From assembly GCA_951406725.2 (NCBI GenBank), contig OX597824.1:28334001-28398000 (forward strand): a stretch of DNA of 64,000 nt, written 5' to 3'. Below the pieces are notes generated by a model, which saw only the letters and a program-made list of their open reading frames with translations, was not told the origin of the DNA and searched no databases. This DNA comes from Octopus vulgaris. Its lineage: Eukaryota. Below, one piece after another: positions 1-15,479 of the stretch. The first letter of the stretch is position 1, and every line of letters begins with the position of its first letter. The translations under genes were made by a program, and so were the position numbers.

Positions 1-152
1 AGAAGAAAGTGCTGTAATTGTAGATGTGATCGAAACGGTTAGCTCTGGCAGATGATTTGGTGGTGACGTTGACAACTGCATCCATTTATTTGAGAAGACG
101 ACGCGTTGAGGAGAGCTTTTTCCCGACATTGCTTTAATAAGTCGTCCGTGTT

Positions 153-209
<57 letters not shown>

Positions 210-893
210 ACATATGTGTGTTTGTGTTTATTTGCTTCTATGGTTGAGTGTGGCTGTACATATATACGTGATTGAAGTAGCGAGTGTTCGTGAGTAACGC
301 GTGCGTTTATGTGACAGAAATACTAAGTGAATGAGCGTGTGAAATAGAAAATTGATAAGTATTCGGTATATAATCTCAGCAGTTAGTATGATGTATGAGT
401 TTAATATATGACTGTCTTTCATCAACCCTCTCTATCTCTTTCTCACTCTTTCTAACTCCCCGTTCTCTCTCTGTCTTTCTCTCACACTTTCTTCTTTTTC
501 TCACTCGCGCTTCGTCGTATTTCTTTCAATATAGAGTTTCCATAATACAAAGAAGAGTAATAACCATCACCAGAACAACAACAACGAGAACAACAACAAC
601 AGCAACAACATCAGGCCAAAAATAAATAACGAAAAATAATAACGATGATGAGTGTGTATGTTGGACAGTACTCATCAGCGGGGCCTACATGCGAGAGTTC
701 GCCCAAGTCAAATACTAAATGAATCATAGAGATTTAATTGACATTTACGCATATAAACCAGCGTCAATTTTCTTCGTAACACAATCACAGCAATGAAACG
801 ATATCCAGACTAAAACAATTAGAAATACAATTCAAATTATATTCTTTTCCTGTTTACCTATTTGTTTATGTAGTAGTAATAATGATAATAATC

Positions 894-1004
<111 letters not shown>

Positions 1005-1064
1005 GTAATAATAATAGAAGAGGCAAAATCAAATGTATGGACACGGCCCATCGATCCCAGGCGA

Positions 1065-1430
1065 GTTATAAAATACTTGGGGATTTTGGAAATGGATAAA
1101 TTGATGGAGAAAGAAATGACTGAAAAATTTAAGGTGAAGTACTTGGGCAGACTGTGACTGATCCTTAAGTAGAAATTAAATTGATGGAATGAGATCGAAG
1201 CTATCATCACCTGGGCGGTTTCACTCCTTAGATATGGAGCAGGGGTAATCGCATGGACAGTAGACGAACTAAACAGCTTAGACAGAAAGACAAGGAAGTT
1301 GCTAACTAGATATGGGGCACTCCACCCAAAAAGTGACACAGACAGACTGTATGTACCAAAAAGAAAAAAATGAGGGAGAAGAGGACTTATAGGATGCAAA
1401 CACAGCATCAGAGCAGAAGAAAACAACATA
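1065..1430 (+). mobile_element. Dong/R4-like (RLE-class) non-LTR retrotransposon fragment, end of RT/thumb region, decayed
   Basis: Reads KYLGILE...WAVSLLRYGAGVIAWTVDELNSLDRKTRKLLTRYGALHPKSDTDRLYVP..GRRGLIG with several in-frame stops. Follows a (TAA)n tract at about 877-1015. Confidence 0.85.
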
Positions 1431-2111
1431 ACATGTTTTGATTCATTCGTCGAAAAGTTCTTCAAGTCAGCGCTCCAGCATGGCCTCAGTCTTATGACGG
1501 AGACAAATAAAAGATTAAAAAAAATTTTTTGATGTAAATGTCTTAAAATAGAAGGCTGAAAAATTAGCATCTAAGAAAGACAATTGTACACGCAATAATC
1601 GGAGCTTGAGGGATAATACCAAATGTCACCTTAAAACACTATTGTCAAATGCCAGGATACCCAAGAATAAAAGAATTACCAAGCATTTTTGTCATGATTA
1701 CGATCCACGCTATAAGAGAACTCACTGGCAGCCTGTGAATATCTGGATCTTTCAAGCCGTTTCAAATTTACAATCAATACAAAGATTGAACTAAATCTTT
1801 ATTCTCAGGATTTTGTTTTCATTTCCTTGCGATATTTTAAACCGAGATCGTAAAATCACTTTAAGACTATAAGTCATGAATAAGAAAGAAACTAGCCCTG
1901 TTTTGTCACCGTGCATGCCTAAAATTACGCACCTTTCCTTTTACATGTCTTTATGTATTTTTGGATGAATTTTGATATAAATTATGTCACCTTTGCCTTT
2001 CATTAGAGTTAACAGTATTCCTTCTTAAAGCTGTCACTCTACGTCATATTCTTTTTTCTTCAGGTGTTATGTGAGGAAAAGTTCAATTTCCTCATGTTTA
2101 ATGTGTCATTC

Positions 2112-2360
2112 TTCCAACCAATTAGTCAAGCTTATCATCCTTCTCCTTCTTCTACTTGTTTTCTTTCCGGTCCGGTGTTCGCTAAATTCTTCATACCCTC
2201 TTACCTCATCAAATGACCAAGAAATTCCAGGTGCTTGGACCTGATCTCACGAAACGGTTTCCTATTTACCCCAACCCGGGACATCGCTTCATTTATCTAT
2301 CCATGCTATCCTCAATATCACTTTTAAGAACCACATTTCGCAGCTTCCGAACGACATCAT
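2112..2360 (-). mobile_element. RTE-clade LINE C-terminal fragment, decayed
   Basis: Minus strand encodes EAAKCGS/EMWFLK-like, ILRIAWIDK and FREIRSKHLEFLGHLMR segments typical of the RTE ORF2 C-terminus. Frameshifted. Confidence 0.7.
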
Positions 2361-3397
2361 TCCTGATGTCATTCTAATTTCTCATTTTTTTTTTGCTATA
2401 TTATGTATAATAGGCCGCAGTTAAACACACAAGTTACAAAGGAGGATGAATAGGATATTACACTATATTGATTGCCACGTGTCTTCTATCTATTCTTGAT
2501 ATCCTATCTGTGCAAATATATTTTATTTTTAACCGTGTATTCAGTATTAAACTTGTAATGTGAAACTCCGACAAATTAAGCTTTTGTGGCCATCACCAAC
2601 GCTTACATGGAGTTTAGCCATTTTTTCCACTGTTTCATAGTTTAACTAGGGAGTGGGCAATTCCCGGTAACCTGCATTTCAACAAAGACCTGATTTGTTT
2701 TGTGTAAGAGAACAAATCTTCTTCAAAGCGGAGAACGGTAACTGGACCATAATATTTGTCTTCGGAGGAACTCCGCATAAGGTAGTCAGTGAAGTTGGTA
2801 TAAAAGCGGACGAGATATTGAGTCTAGTGGACGAAAATACAGATGCGAGCATTCAGAACAAATAGGGCAAAATATATTGTTTGAACTCTGGTAAAATTCA
2901 TTCAACACCCCGCTTTAGATTGTGACTATATTTTCCGGGTCAGAACGAAACTGAATACAGAGCGCAGAGATCTCTGTTTAAATTCTTCTGGATCAGCTTT
3001 GCAACGTTTTTCAAAACGGGCAAGTTTTGAACAGTAACCTCGAATAGATTGATAGAATGGACATAGATTTTGGCAAACAGACCTAACCACTTTACACACA
3101 CAAACGACGATAATCATCCACACAAACGCACACAAACTCACGTACGCATGGATATATATACATATATACGAGCGCGTAGATTGACTAATCAACTGACGGC
3201 GGCGCTGCAAGCCAGAACATTCCACTCTATGGATCCTGCAAAATACTAAACGAATAAAAGAATAAGGAGAGGCAGAATGACGAAATTCGATTGCTCATTT
3301 ATATCAAATCCTCCAATTTTCAGTACTGATAGATATTTGTCTGGATTCTACAAATAATTATAATCTATACGTATTTCAGATTTAATATTTTAGCAGA

Positions 3398-4227
3398 AGG
3401 CCAGGAAATTTGGGAGAACGGAATAAGTCGATTGCATTGGCACCGCTGTTTAAGTGGCAGTTACTTTATCGACCCCGAAGAGATAGAAGGTAAAGCCACC
3501 TCAGCGGAGCTTGAACTCAGAACGTAAAGACTGGAGAAACGCCACTAAGAAATTTGCTCACCGTGCCGACGATTCTAGCACTTTGCTGATTTAGCTATCT
3601 ATACATAATATTCTCTTCTACTCTAGGTACAAGGCTCAAAATTTTGGAGGAATGGGGCATTCGATTTGATCGATCCCAGTAGGCAAGAGGTACTTAATTT
3701 ATCGGTCCCGAAAGAATAAAAGGCAAAGTCGACCTCGCAGAATGTGAACTCAGAACGTAACGTCAGACGAAATACGGCTACGCGTTTCGCCCGGAGTGCT
3801 AACGATTCTTATTTCTTTATTGCCCACAATGGGGCTAAACACAGGGGGGACAAACAAGGACAGACAAAGAGATTAAGTCGATTACATCGACCCTAGTGTG
3901 TAACTGGTACTTAATTTACCGACCCCGAAAGGATGAAAGGCAAAGTCGAATCAGCGGAATTTGAACTCAGGACGTAGCGGCAGACGAAATACCTATTTCT
4001 TTATTACCCACAAGGAGCTAAACACAGAGGGGACAAACAAGGACACACATAGGTATTAAGTCGATTACAACGACCCCAGTGCGTAACTGGTACTTATTTA
4101 ATTGACCCCGAAAGGATGAAAGGCAAAGTCGACCTCGGCGGAATTTGAACTCTCAACGTAACGCAGACGAAATACCGCTAAGCATTTCGCCCGGCGTGCT
4201 GTCGATTCTGCCAGCTCACTGCCTTTA
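3398..4227 (-). mobile_element. tRNA-derived SINE family A, tandem array of partial units
   Basis: Repeated rc of GGCGGCGAGCTGGCAGAA...GTTCTGAGTTCAAATTCCGCCGAGGTCGACTTTGCCTTTCATCCTTTCGGGGTCGATAAA with B box GAGTTCAAAT. The same family recurs many times in the window. Confidence 0.85.
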
Positions 4228-4573
4228 CCTAGACGTAATATTGCTGAGTGGTTACACAAACCATATGGCCAGGCAAATACACTTCATCTAATAATCTTTT
4301 ATTCTCCATTTTCTCATAGGAAGTTCCTTAATTTTCTATTCCATTCTGACAATATTCCAATAATTGCCTTAATGGACATTGCTACTTGAATAAAAATACA
4401 TGATGATATCGTATTTGTTTGGCACATTTTCCATTTGTGCAGATATTTTTTTATATATCAAAAGTAAGCTATACGTTTCTTTTATGTTTCAGTTCTTAAT
4501 TGCAGGTGGTCTTATACGTGGTTGAATTTATGCTTGAATACTATGACGCTGTCTCTTTCGTTCTCTCCCCACA

Positions 4574-4716
<143 letters not shown>

Positions 4717-4835
4717 TCAACTTTTCAATTTATGTGTATTATTATTATATTTCTTATATGGACATATATATATATATATATATTTATATATGTATGTATA
4801 TATATATGTATATATATATATTTATATATGTGTGC

Positions 4836-4891
<56 letters not shown>

Positions 4892-5013
4892 ATGTATATA
4901 TATACACATACATATCGTTGGAATTTACAAAGCAATAAACATAACAAAAGACGAAAACGTGTGTATAAACAACAAACATATGTATTAGTTTAACGCTCGG
5001 GAAGTGAGAAAGT

Positions 5014-5051
5014 CTTTTTACGTTTCGAGCTTACGCACATCGACAGAAAGG
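5014..5051 (-). ncRNA. Minimal type I hammerhead-like motif (A6U variant), stem II degraded
   Basis: Minus: ccttt CTGTCGA t gtgc gtaa gctc GAAA CG TA aaaag. Same repeat family as 43893-43930. Confidence 0.45.
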
Positions 5052-5142
5052 AAAACAGAAATAAACAGACAGAGAAGAGATTTAAAAAGGTATAGTGGCT
5101 TACGATCAATCATGGCTAATGCCGAACAGAGGTGGTTAGACA

Positions 5143-5226
<84 letters not shown>

Positions 5227-5330
5227 TTATTTATTTATATATATAGACATACATACATACATACATACTTACATATATACATACATATATGTGTATGTAT
5301 ATGTATAAGAAATATAATAATAATACTCAT

Positions 5331-5371
<41 letters not shown>

Positions 5372-5458
5372 CAAATGATAGCTATGTACATGTGTATATA
5401 TGTAAATTTATGTAACCATAAATATGTATATATATATATTATATATGTTTGCACATAC

Positions 5459-5681
5459 ACAAGAGGCGATATTGAAAAGTTCCTAAATTTAAAGGTATCG
5501 CGAAAGTTGTATGCTTAGAAGGCCAGAATTTCGAGGTCATTTACAAGGCTTAGAAACACTGAAGGACAGATGTAATGAGAGTGGGAATCTGAGAGGGGAA
5601 TATGTTGGAAGAAATCATAATTAACTGATCCTTCTGTATTTTTTTTACCCCAAACCAAGACCTTTTTAGCGGTCCCACGTA
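5459..5681. mobile_element. Tc1/mariner-type MITE remnant
   Basis: Degenerate terminal inverted repeats (aagaggcgatattgaaaagttcct ... rc tacgtgggaccgctaaaaaggtctt). A related copy lies at 48499-48880. Confidence 0.45.
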
Positions 5682-5944
5682 TGTGTGTATATGTATATGT
5701 ATATATATATATATATGTCTGTATGAATATATATACACACACACACACATGCATGCACACACACACGCATACACGCGCACGTACACACACGCACACACAC
5801 ACACAAACTCACACACACACGAACATATATATATATATATATATAAGGAAATTATGAGTATATAAAACATGAAGGCATACATGTAGATTTTGGAAATATT
5901 AGAAGCTGTAGATAATAAAGGGGAGTGTAATATTTATCATTGTT

Positions 5945-6675
5945 AGGGCAGCGAGCTGGCAGAATCGTGAGCACGCTGGGCGAAATGCTTAGCGGTATTT
6001 CATCTGCCTTTACGTTCTGAGTTCAAATTCCGCCGAGGTCGACTTTGCCTTTCATCCTTTCGGGGTCGATAAATTAAGTACCTGTTATTCACTGGGGTCG
6101 ATATAATCGACACAATCCGTTTGTTTGTCCTTGTTTGTCCTCTCTGTGTTTAGCCCCTTCTGGGTAGTAAAGAAACAGGTATTTCGTCTGCTGTTACGTT
6201 CTGAGTTCAAATTCCACCGAGGTCGACCTTGCCTGTCATCCTTTTGGGGTTCGATTAAATAAGAACCAGTTATGCACAGGGGTCTATGTAATCGACTTAA
6301 TCCCTTTGACTGTCCTTGTTTGTCCCCTCTATGTTTAGGCCCTTGTGGGTAATAAAGAAATAAATATTTGGTCTGCCGCTACGTTTTGAGTTCAAATTCC
6401 GCAGAGATCGACTTTGCCTTTCATCCTTTCGCGGTCGCTTAAATAAGTGCCAGTTACGCACCGGGGTCAATGTGATCGACTTAATTCCTTTGTATGCCCA
6501 GAAATAAAAAATCTACCATTGTTTTTCTGGAAACATGTACGTGAGTATCAAAGTCGACATCGGCAGAATGTGAACTCAGAACGTAAAGACAGACGAAAAA
6601 CAGTTAAATATTTCGCCCGGCGTGTTAACGATTCTTATTTCTTTATTGCCCACAAGGGGCTAAACACAGAGGCAG
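5945..6675 (+). mobile_element. SINE family A, one head plus about 3 tandem body units, then an inverted fragment
   Basis: Roughly 180-bp body units repeated at about 5993, 6178 and 6365. Minus-strand piece at 6552-6675. Confidence 0.85.
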
Positions 6676-7278
6676 AATGTGATATATATACGTCGAATAT
6701 ATACATTCAAATAACAATAACAAGAAATTAAAAGACATAAGCATAGCCTCTGCAGCTCATTTCCATCACAACTTCAGTTAAATTCCTGGATGAATAATTC
6801 ATAACTTATACACATATAAATACATACAATCATGCATGCAGACATGTAAACATACCTATTACACACACATACATATGCACATACGTATATATACAAAAAT
6901 ATATACATATATATTAATATATATGTGTATTTATGCATGTACATGTATCCTTTCCATATATATATATATATGCATATATGTAAGCATACGTTTCAAGGTA
7001 TATATTAAATATTATAGTGTGTATGTTATATATAATAATGTGTTATTGTATATTGTATTACATTATCCACGACTTGGTTTACCTTGAAGTAATTTGGATT
7101 TTGTAACTGTTCTCACGTGCAATAATTTCCTTCCCTTAAAAGCTACCAATTTCTTATTTTATTTTCCTTTCTAAATTCCATGTTTTCCATCCATTTTGTA
7201 TTTTAATTTTCGGATTTGACAGTACATTTATACATACACACACACACACACACACACACATACACACACACACACACA

Positions 7279-7329
<51 letters not shown>

Positions 7330-7610
7330 CATGCATACAAACACACAGGTACACAGACAAACACAAACACACAGACACAGGCAGACCTACAAATACACAC
7401 ATATACACATAGTCTCATACACACACACACACACACTCAGATACTGACACAAATATTCTATCTCCGTCTCTGTCACTGTTTCATCACATATGTATGCATA
7501 TAAAATATAGAAACGTATACATACACACACAAATATATATATACATATATATACATATATATATATGTCAGTATATATATGTGTTTATGTGTATATATAT
7601 ATATATATGT

Positions 7611-7673
<63 letters not shown>

Positions 7674-7778
7674 CATATGCATTTATGTATATAGCCTATA
7701 TATGTATCTAAATAGTTACGTGTCCACATGTATATATACAAATGTATGTATATATAATTATGTATATCTATCTATGTA

Positions 7779-7854
<76 letters not shown>

Positions 7855-7870
7855 TATACATATATACACA

Positions 7871-7906
<36 letters not shown>

Positions 7907-8207
7907 AATCTATATGTATAGAAATATGTGCATATATATGCAATTACAAGTGTATGCATATATGTATGCATATATGTACATACCATAGGAGCGCACACAG
8001 TGGTACACCTCTATAAAGACATTTGTATCATTCTTTCTTCTATTATAGTAGCTTTGCTGATAGCAGGGATTAATTTATTAACCGAATAACCAAATACTCG
8101 CAATATCCTTTCCAAGATATTTCTAATAATTGAAGCTAACAGCTTTAAGTAGATATTTATAAAAATGTTTTTCTGCTATTCATCATATACATATGTATAT
8201 ATTACAC

Positions 8208-8261
<54 letters not shown>

Positions 8262-8263
8262 AC

Positions 8264-8352
<89 letters not shown>

Positions 8353-8575
8353 TATAAATATATATAAATATATGTGTGTGTATACATATATTTACTTGCA
8401 CACTAACAAACATGTATGTATGTAGGTAGTTATGTATGTATGTGCGTATGCATATTTGTATGTATCCATTTCGAAATGTCATCAAGGTTTTATATTCCTT
8501 TACCAATAAAATATTAGGTTTTAGAAAGAAATGATGCCATAAGGATAGTGATATATAGTTTTCGAATTCTTATTA

Positions 8576-8654
<79 letters not shown>

Positions 8655-9321
8655 TGGTATTATGTTTTCCTTAATACAAGTTGAAAAATAAAATAAGATA
8701 AAATAATATGAAATAAAATAAAATAGCGTGAACGTAATGCCATTAAATAAAAACTTCGTTCTTTATATGCTTTTCATTCTCTAAAACATCACGTTGAAAA
8801 TTAAAAGACGAACTGAGTGAGAAAGAGGTAGAGCGAAAAAAAGGGTGAAACGCAACGATCGTATGAGGGCTACGTGTGAGAGAAAACGAGAAAGAGCGAA
8901 AGACTGGGAGAGATACTAAATGCAATGTAAGAAAACAAGTAAAATAAAGCAAAATAATAAATATGGCTGTACAGCAGCCATTGAATAGATTTGGAAATAA
9001 ATCTGCTAAAACCCAACTAAGCAATCGTAGCGAGAGCTTTTAAATGTCTTTATGGAATATGTTCAATGCTTTCATTATTTATCTTATTGTTTATTTGTTC
9101 CTTTCAATGTTTCTTTCTTATTTTAATACAACTAAAAGGATTTTAACTCTATATGTATGTGTATATGGATACGTATATACATGTATAGATACACACACAC
9201 ACACAGATATACAGATATATTACTGCATTTCTACACGTAAAAATATATCCACAAATATATTACACTCACATAAACACACATATGTTTATATGTGTGTATA
9301 TATATACATATAGTTATATAC

Positions 9322-9440
<119 letters not shown>

Positions 9441-9466
9441 AATATATACATATATATTCCTATAAA

Positions 9467-9524
<58 letters not shown>

Positions 9525-9627
9525 GTTTAGTTGTATATATATTTCTGTGTTTGTATACTAAATCTTATAGTTTATCGGAAACAAGAATCCGGTCACCAAC
9601 CAGACAGGAATGGATACTAAATTCTGA

Positions 9628-9767
9628 TGACTCTGCTACTACTGCTGCTACCGCTGCTGCTACTGCCGCTGGTCGCGTTGCTACTGCTGCTGCTCCCGCT
9701 ATTACTACTACTACTGCTTCTAAAACTACTACTACTACAACTACTACTACTACTACTACTGCTGCTG

Positions 9768-9807
<40 letters not shown>

Positions 9808-9855
9808 TGCCGCTGCTGCTACTACTACAGCTGCTGCTGTTGATGCTGCTACTGC
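9628..9855. repeat. Compound (CTA)n/(CTG)n microsatellite
   Basis: Direct reading. Confidence 0.9.
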
Positions 9856-10429
9856 TATCAGATACCGCTATTACTGATCAGAAGTATTCATAGAATGAAA
9901 GTTTGCATGAGTGCTTAACCTAGCTGCTAAACCTCCCTCAAATTACACACTGTCGTTTTGAAAATAATACATAGTTACGCTGATTAATACAGTCCCGAGT
10001 TACCTGCCCACAACACCAAATACTTCCATCACTGTTTCTACTGACTTCTTTTACATCATAGGTGTTTTCCTGATTAAGCATTTCTCTGAATCCAAAATAG
10101 AAGCCAGACCAGGAGCCATTAGAGCACTAATAAATTATTCAAGATAGTTTTGCGGTGCTAATTGTAGAGTACTAATACTGTACTTATAGCAATAATGCTA
10201 TTATGTAGGGCTGTTTACACTAAACATTTTAACCAAAGAAAACCAAATAAATAAATAAATAAATAAATAAAAATCAGAAAAAAGCGAAAATGAAAGTAGA
10301 ACCAAATCCACTTCTATGAACATTGCCATCGTCTCTATCGTTACCACCAGCAGCAGCACCATGTCCTCGAACACTGATAACCAATACAAACGAGTGTAGT
10401 GATAGCACCTGCTTCTACTACTCAACAAG

Positions 10430-10986
10430 TCCACCACCACCTACACTACTATCACCACAACAATCATCACCATCTGCCCCCATCATCATCACCGCTACTA
10501 TCACCATCATCACAACCATCACCACCGTCATCATCATCATCGTCATCATCACCACTACTATCGCCATCACCACCAGCACCGGCATCATCTTCAGGGCCGA
10601 CACCATCACCACCGCCATCAAAACCAACATCACCATCATCCTCATCATCCGCCTCTTCCTCATCATCATCATTATCATCGTCATCCTCCTCCTCATCATC
10701 ATCATCATTGTCATCATCATCATCATCATCGTCATCATCATCATCTTCACCACCACCATCACCACCATCACCATCGCCATTGTCACAACCACCGGCACCA
10801 CAACACCATCATCATCATCATCCTCATCATTATCATCATATTCACCACCACCATCACCAACATCATTACAACCATCACCATCGCCATTGCCACAACCACC
10901 GGCACCACAACACCATCACCACCGCCATCAAAACTAACATCACTATCATCACCATCATCATTATCATCATCATCATCATAATCATT

Positions 10987-11034
<48 letters not shown>

Positions 11035-11167
11035 GTCATCTTCACAACCACCATCACCACCACCACCAACATTATCTCAACCATCACCATCGCCATTGCC
11101 ACAACCACCACCATCACCACAACCACCGGCATCACAACACCATCACCACCACAAACTCCACCATCAT
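10430..11167. repeat. Compound (CAT)n/(CAC)n low-complexity tract with internal 40-60 bp duplications
   Basis: atcgccattg(t/c)cacaaccacc occurs three times and accatcaccaccgccatcaaaac twice. Confidence 0.85.
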
Positions 11168-11505
11168 AATGCTCCACTACCAATTATTTTTCAGTATTCC
11201 CTGTACACAAATTGTCAATGAATCTCACAACATAATAGAAATTATAATCATTTCCAATTTCTCTCCTTCAATTTTTGTCCATTCCTTGAATTAATTTTAT
11301 AATGGGATTTTTTTTTTAGCATTGTTTATCTTCATTTTCTACTTCGCCATTTTCTTAAATTGAATTTCATAGGGTGGGACTGCAAAAAATTAGTTTTAAT
11401 TCTAGACACACCAATTAATTCTGTTGCTTTCATTTAACATTCCTTCAGCTAAAACATAAATCATGGCTATCATAATTGTTGACGATTATGATGGAGGTGA
11501 TGACG

Positions 11506-11593
<88 letters not shown>

Positions 11594-11597
<4 letters not shown>

Positions 11598-11880
11598 TAG
11601 TTTTATTTTTATAGCGTGCTTTCACTTCACTACCGAGCGCAGCTCTGTGTGCCTTGGGTATGTGCTGTGATTTGTTGTGATGCTCTGATGGCTATGGTAT
11701 GGAAAGTGTTCTGCGTAGGATGTGTGCAGTGCCTAGTAGTGCAATTTTCTGTATGTTATATGTGTTTGTAAGTCCTGGTGTTTTTGTTATGTATTTGTCT
11801 GAATACTTTTTTATCATGCCTAATGCACCTACTATGATAGGAATTGTTTCTGTTTTCAGATTCCACATTCTAGTTACCTC
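11594..11880 (-). mobile_element. Dong/R4-like LINE 3' end inserted in (TTA)n
   Basis: Near-identical reverse complement of 25537-25820 (VTRMWNLKTETIPIIVGALG...HILRRTL plus 3' UTR). Flanked on both sides by (TTA)n. Confidence 0.9.
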
Positions 11881-11964
<84 letters not shown>

Positions 11965-12185
11965 GAGTTTTGAGGCGATGGAATCAGTAGCACACTGGAT
12001 GAAATACTAAACGGTGTTTCGCGCGTCGCTACGTTTTAAGTACAAATTTCCCCAATTACCCCAAGACACATGATGAAGACTAGAGGGTATATCACCCGAA
12101 ACAGCATATGGGAACCAGTATTAAGGAAGAATAGGAGACTATTAGATTTGTAAGGCCTAAAATTCACTCTATAATCCCCACCCCC

Positions 12186-12245
12186 GGGCATTCGGCGTAG
12201 TGGTTAAAAGCGCGGGCTAATAACCCCAAGATTCCGAGTTCGAAT
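12186..12245 (+). mobile_element. tRNA-derived SINE head (A and B boxes)
   Basis: TCGGCGTAGTGGTT (A box) ... GAGTTCGAAT (B box), truncated at (TAA)n. Confidence 0.5.
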
Positions 12246-12422
12246 AATAATAATAACAATTTTCGTTTTTTTTTTTTTAAGTCATTCACTAGTACAATAC
12301 TAAATACAAAACCAAATATATGGCACACTAGGCATAACAACAACATGAACTTCCAACCTGTTGTCTCATGAGGTCTCTGGGTGAGACTTGCACAACTTGC
12401 ACAATTATAAAGCAAAAGTCAA

Positions 12423-12492
<70 letters not shown>

Positions 12493-12511
12493 TAATAAAG
12501 CAAAAAGTCAA

Positions 12512-12587
<76 letters not shown>

Positions 12588-12589
<2 letters not shown>

Positions 12590-13187
12590 GTGTCGTGTAT
12601 GCAAGCAACAAAATGAAACCATTGACCATGTGGTCTCCAAGTGCAGTCTTCTAGCGCCTACAGAGTATCTCAACAGGCACGATAGAGCTGCACAATATAT
12701 TCACTGGGTAATCTGTAAAAACCTGGATTTGCCCCATGAAAAAAACTGGTGGGAACACAAACCACCCCCAGTGCTTGAAAATGACCACATCTCACTCCTC
12801 TGGAACTTCACCATTCAAACTGACAGGAAGATAGATGCAAATAGGCCAGACATCATATTGAAAAACTTCAAACAAAGAACATGCCTCCTCATTGATATGA
12901 CTGTCCCAATCGATATAAACGTATCTGTCAAGACCTACCAAAAACTGAGCAAATATAAAGATCTTGAAATAGAAATCAGCAAAATGTGGAAGCTGAAGAC
13001 TAAAACAATACCTGTTGTCATAGGTGCCCTGGGAATGATAGCAAAAGGGGCTGATAGCTACCTAACTCAGATACCAGGAAACCCAAAAATGGCAGAAGTT
13101 CAAAAGATAGTGCTCATGGGAACTGCTCATATCCTACGCAAAATACTCTCTATGTAATCTCAAGGTTTAAAACAAACATAATTTTCG

Positions 13188-13223
<36 letters not shown>

Positions 13224-13396
13224 TTTTTTTTTTTTTTTTTTCTTTTTAGACATTCATTAGTACAACATCCCCACCCCCCAAATATATGGCACACTAGGCA
13301 TAACAACAACATGAACTTCCAACCCTGTTGTCTCTTGAGGTCTCTGGGTGAGACTTGGAGCCAACTTGTACAAATATAAAGCAAAAGTCAAACATA
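12588..13396 (+). mobile_element. Dong/R4-like LINE 3' portion: CCHC zinc knuckle, restriction-like endonuclease and 3' UTR
   Basis: CRVCKQQNETIDHVVSKC (CCHC), RHD, and NRPDIILKNFKQRTCLLIDMTVP..K..KY (PD-D RLE). Open to the stop at 13157, 5'-truncated, (TAA)n on both sides. Extra 3' UTR-only copies at about 12280-12427 and 12495-12516. Confidence 0.92.
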
Positions 13397-13808
<412 letters not shown>

Positions 13809-13862
13809 GCAGCATCAAAATAATACCTTAGGAATGAGAACGCAGGTTCAAAATTTCCCCAA

Positions 13863-13908
13863 GACACCTGATGAAGTCTGGAGGGTATATCAGCCGAAAC
13901 ATTTTGTT
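13863..13908 (+). ncRNA. Minimal type I hammerhead motif in a PLE-like repeat fragment (13820-13987), partly decayed
   Basis: gacac CTGATGA a gtctg gagggtatat cagcc GAAAC att ttgtt. A more degraded copy lies at 12062-12105. Confidence 0.55.
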
Positions 13909-14142
13909 AGCAACAAACAAGATGAGGACAAATATCCGTCAAATGTAAATAATGTACATAATCCATCATCTCTTAAATATAGAACTGTACCATTTGGTAA
14001 ATATGTAACATCGTCTAGGGGTGGTGATAATTCTAACAAGTCAAGAATTTGTATTGTATGGCATTTGATTTACTTGTATTTGTTTACAGATATAAGTCTA
14101 CTGATTTTCATTAAGATGGTTAATTTACATAATTAAAATTTA

Positions 14143-15037
14143 TACTCTTTTACTCTTTTATTTGTTTTAGTCATTTGACCGCGGCTATGCTGGAACACTG
14201 CCTTTAGTCAAGCATATCAATCCCAGGACTTAATCGTTCTAAACCTAGTACTTATTCTATCGGAGTATGTTGCCGAACCGCTAAGATAAGGGGGCATAAC
14301 CACACCAGTATCGGTTGTCAAGCGATGGTGGGGTCACAAACACAGACACACAAACATACATGCACACACCCAAACACACACACGTAAACACACACACATA
14401 CACACACACATATACGATGGTCTTCTTTCAGTTTCCGTCTACCAAATCCACTCACAAAGCTTTGTTCTGCCCGAGGCTATAATAGAATAAACTTGCCCAA
14501 GGTACCGCGCGATTGGATTGAACCCGGAGCCATGTGGTTGGTAAGCAAGCTACTTACCACAAAGCCACTCCACAGAATAATTTAGTGAATATTTGTACGC
14601 TTTTGTGTTATACTATGTGATATTTTATTTCTGCTTTGTCTCCTAATCAGAAGAAAAATGCAAAAATAAAATTGCTGCAAGCTACCGTTACTCTTTTACT
14701 CTTTTACTTGTTTCAGTCATTTGACTGCGGCCATGCTGGAGCACCGCCTTTAGTCAAGCAAATGGACGCCAGGCCTTATTCTTTCTAAGTCTAGTACTTA
14801 TTCTATCGGTCCCAGCATCTGTTGTCAAATGATGTTGGGGGAACAAACACAGACACACAAACACACACATATATATACATATACATATATACGACGGGTT
14901 TCCATCTACCAAACCCACTCACAAAGCTTTGGTCGGCTCGATGCTATAGCAGAAGACACTTGCCCAAAGTGCCACGCATCGGGACTGTACCCGGAACAAT
15001 GTAGTTGTTAAGCAAGTTAGTTACCACACAGCCACTT
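14143..15037 (-). mobile_element. SINE family B, two copies (14143-14571 and 14689-15037) with internal microsatellite
   Basis: Head GGAGTGGCTGTGTGGTAAG..GGGTTCAGTCCC, CCTTGGGCAAG core, internal (TA/TG)n, tail GCTCCAGCATGGCCGCAGTCAAATGACTGAAACAAG(TAAAAGAG)n. Further copies at about 17316-17807, 19426-19872, 20335-20590, 35413-35568, 47090-47300 and 49830-50160. Confidence 0.85.
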
Positions 15038-15479
15038 CTGCAAGAAAAATGGTGTCAGTCGAAACAAATCCTTGCTTCTGGATTGTCGTCGGATGCTTCT
15101 CGTTTGCGTGTATTCTTTCATTTGTTCTGTGTCATTTATATCGATATCTGTGATGGTGGGTAAAACCGATTCTTGCGCGGAGCAATTTTCCGTGAGGAAC
15201 GGTGTTGAAGGCGTGCGTCGATACAACATATCAGTTGAGACAGTGATCATCTTACAATCCCCACCAGTGCGGGAAAGATACTGCTGTCACAAACATCCGT
15301 AAGAGACAAACGGTGTGAATTTTAGCAGAGGTAGCCCTCGTTGGAAACCATAGAAATAGGTTTCTTTATTTTGATAACTGAACAGATACGTTAGATACAT
15401 GTGATTTCCGTAGTCTATTAAAAGACTCTTTCTTAATCCCACAGTGTTGTGAGGCGGCAGTTCTCAATAAATTGTATTT

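Noticed and set aside
10323-11183. 256-aa Ser/Pro/His-rich ORF resembling an extensin or His-rich protein
   Set aside because: Several frames on both strands are open because the tract is (CAT)/(CAC)n. There is no frame preference and no splice context.
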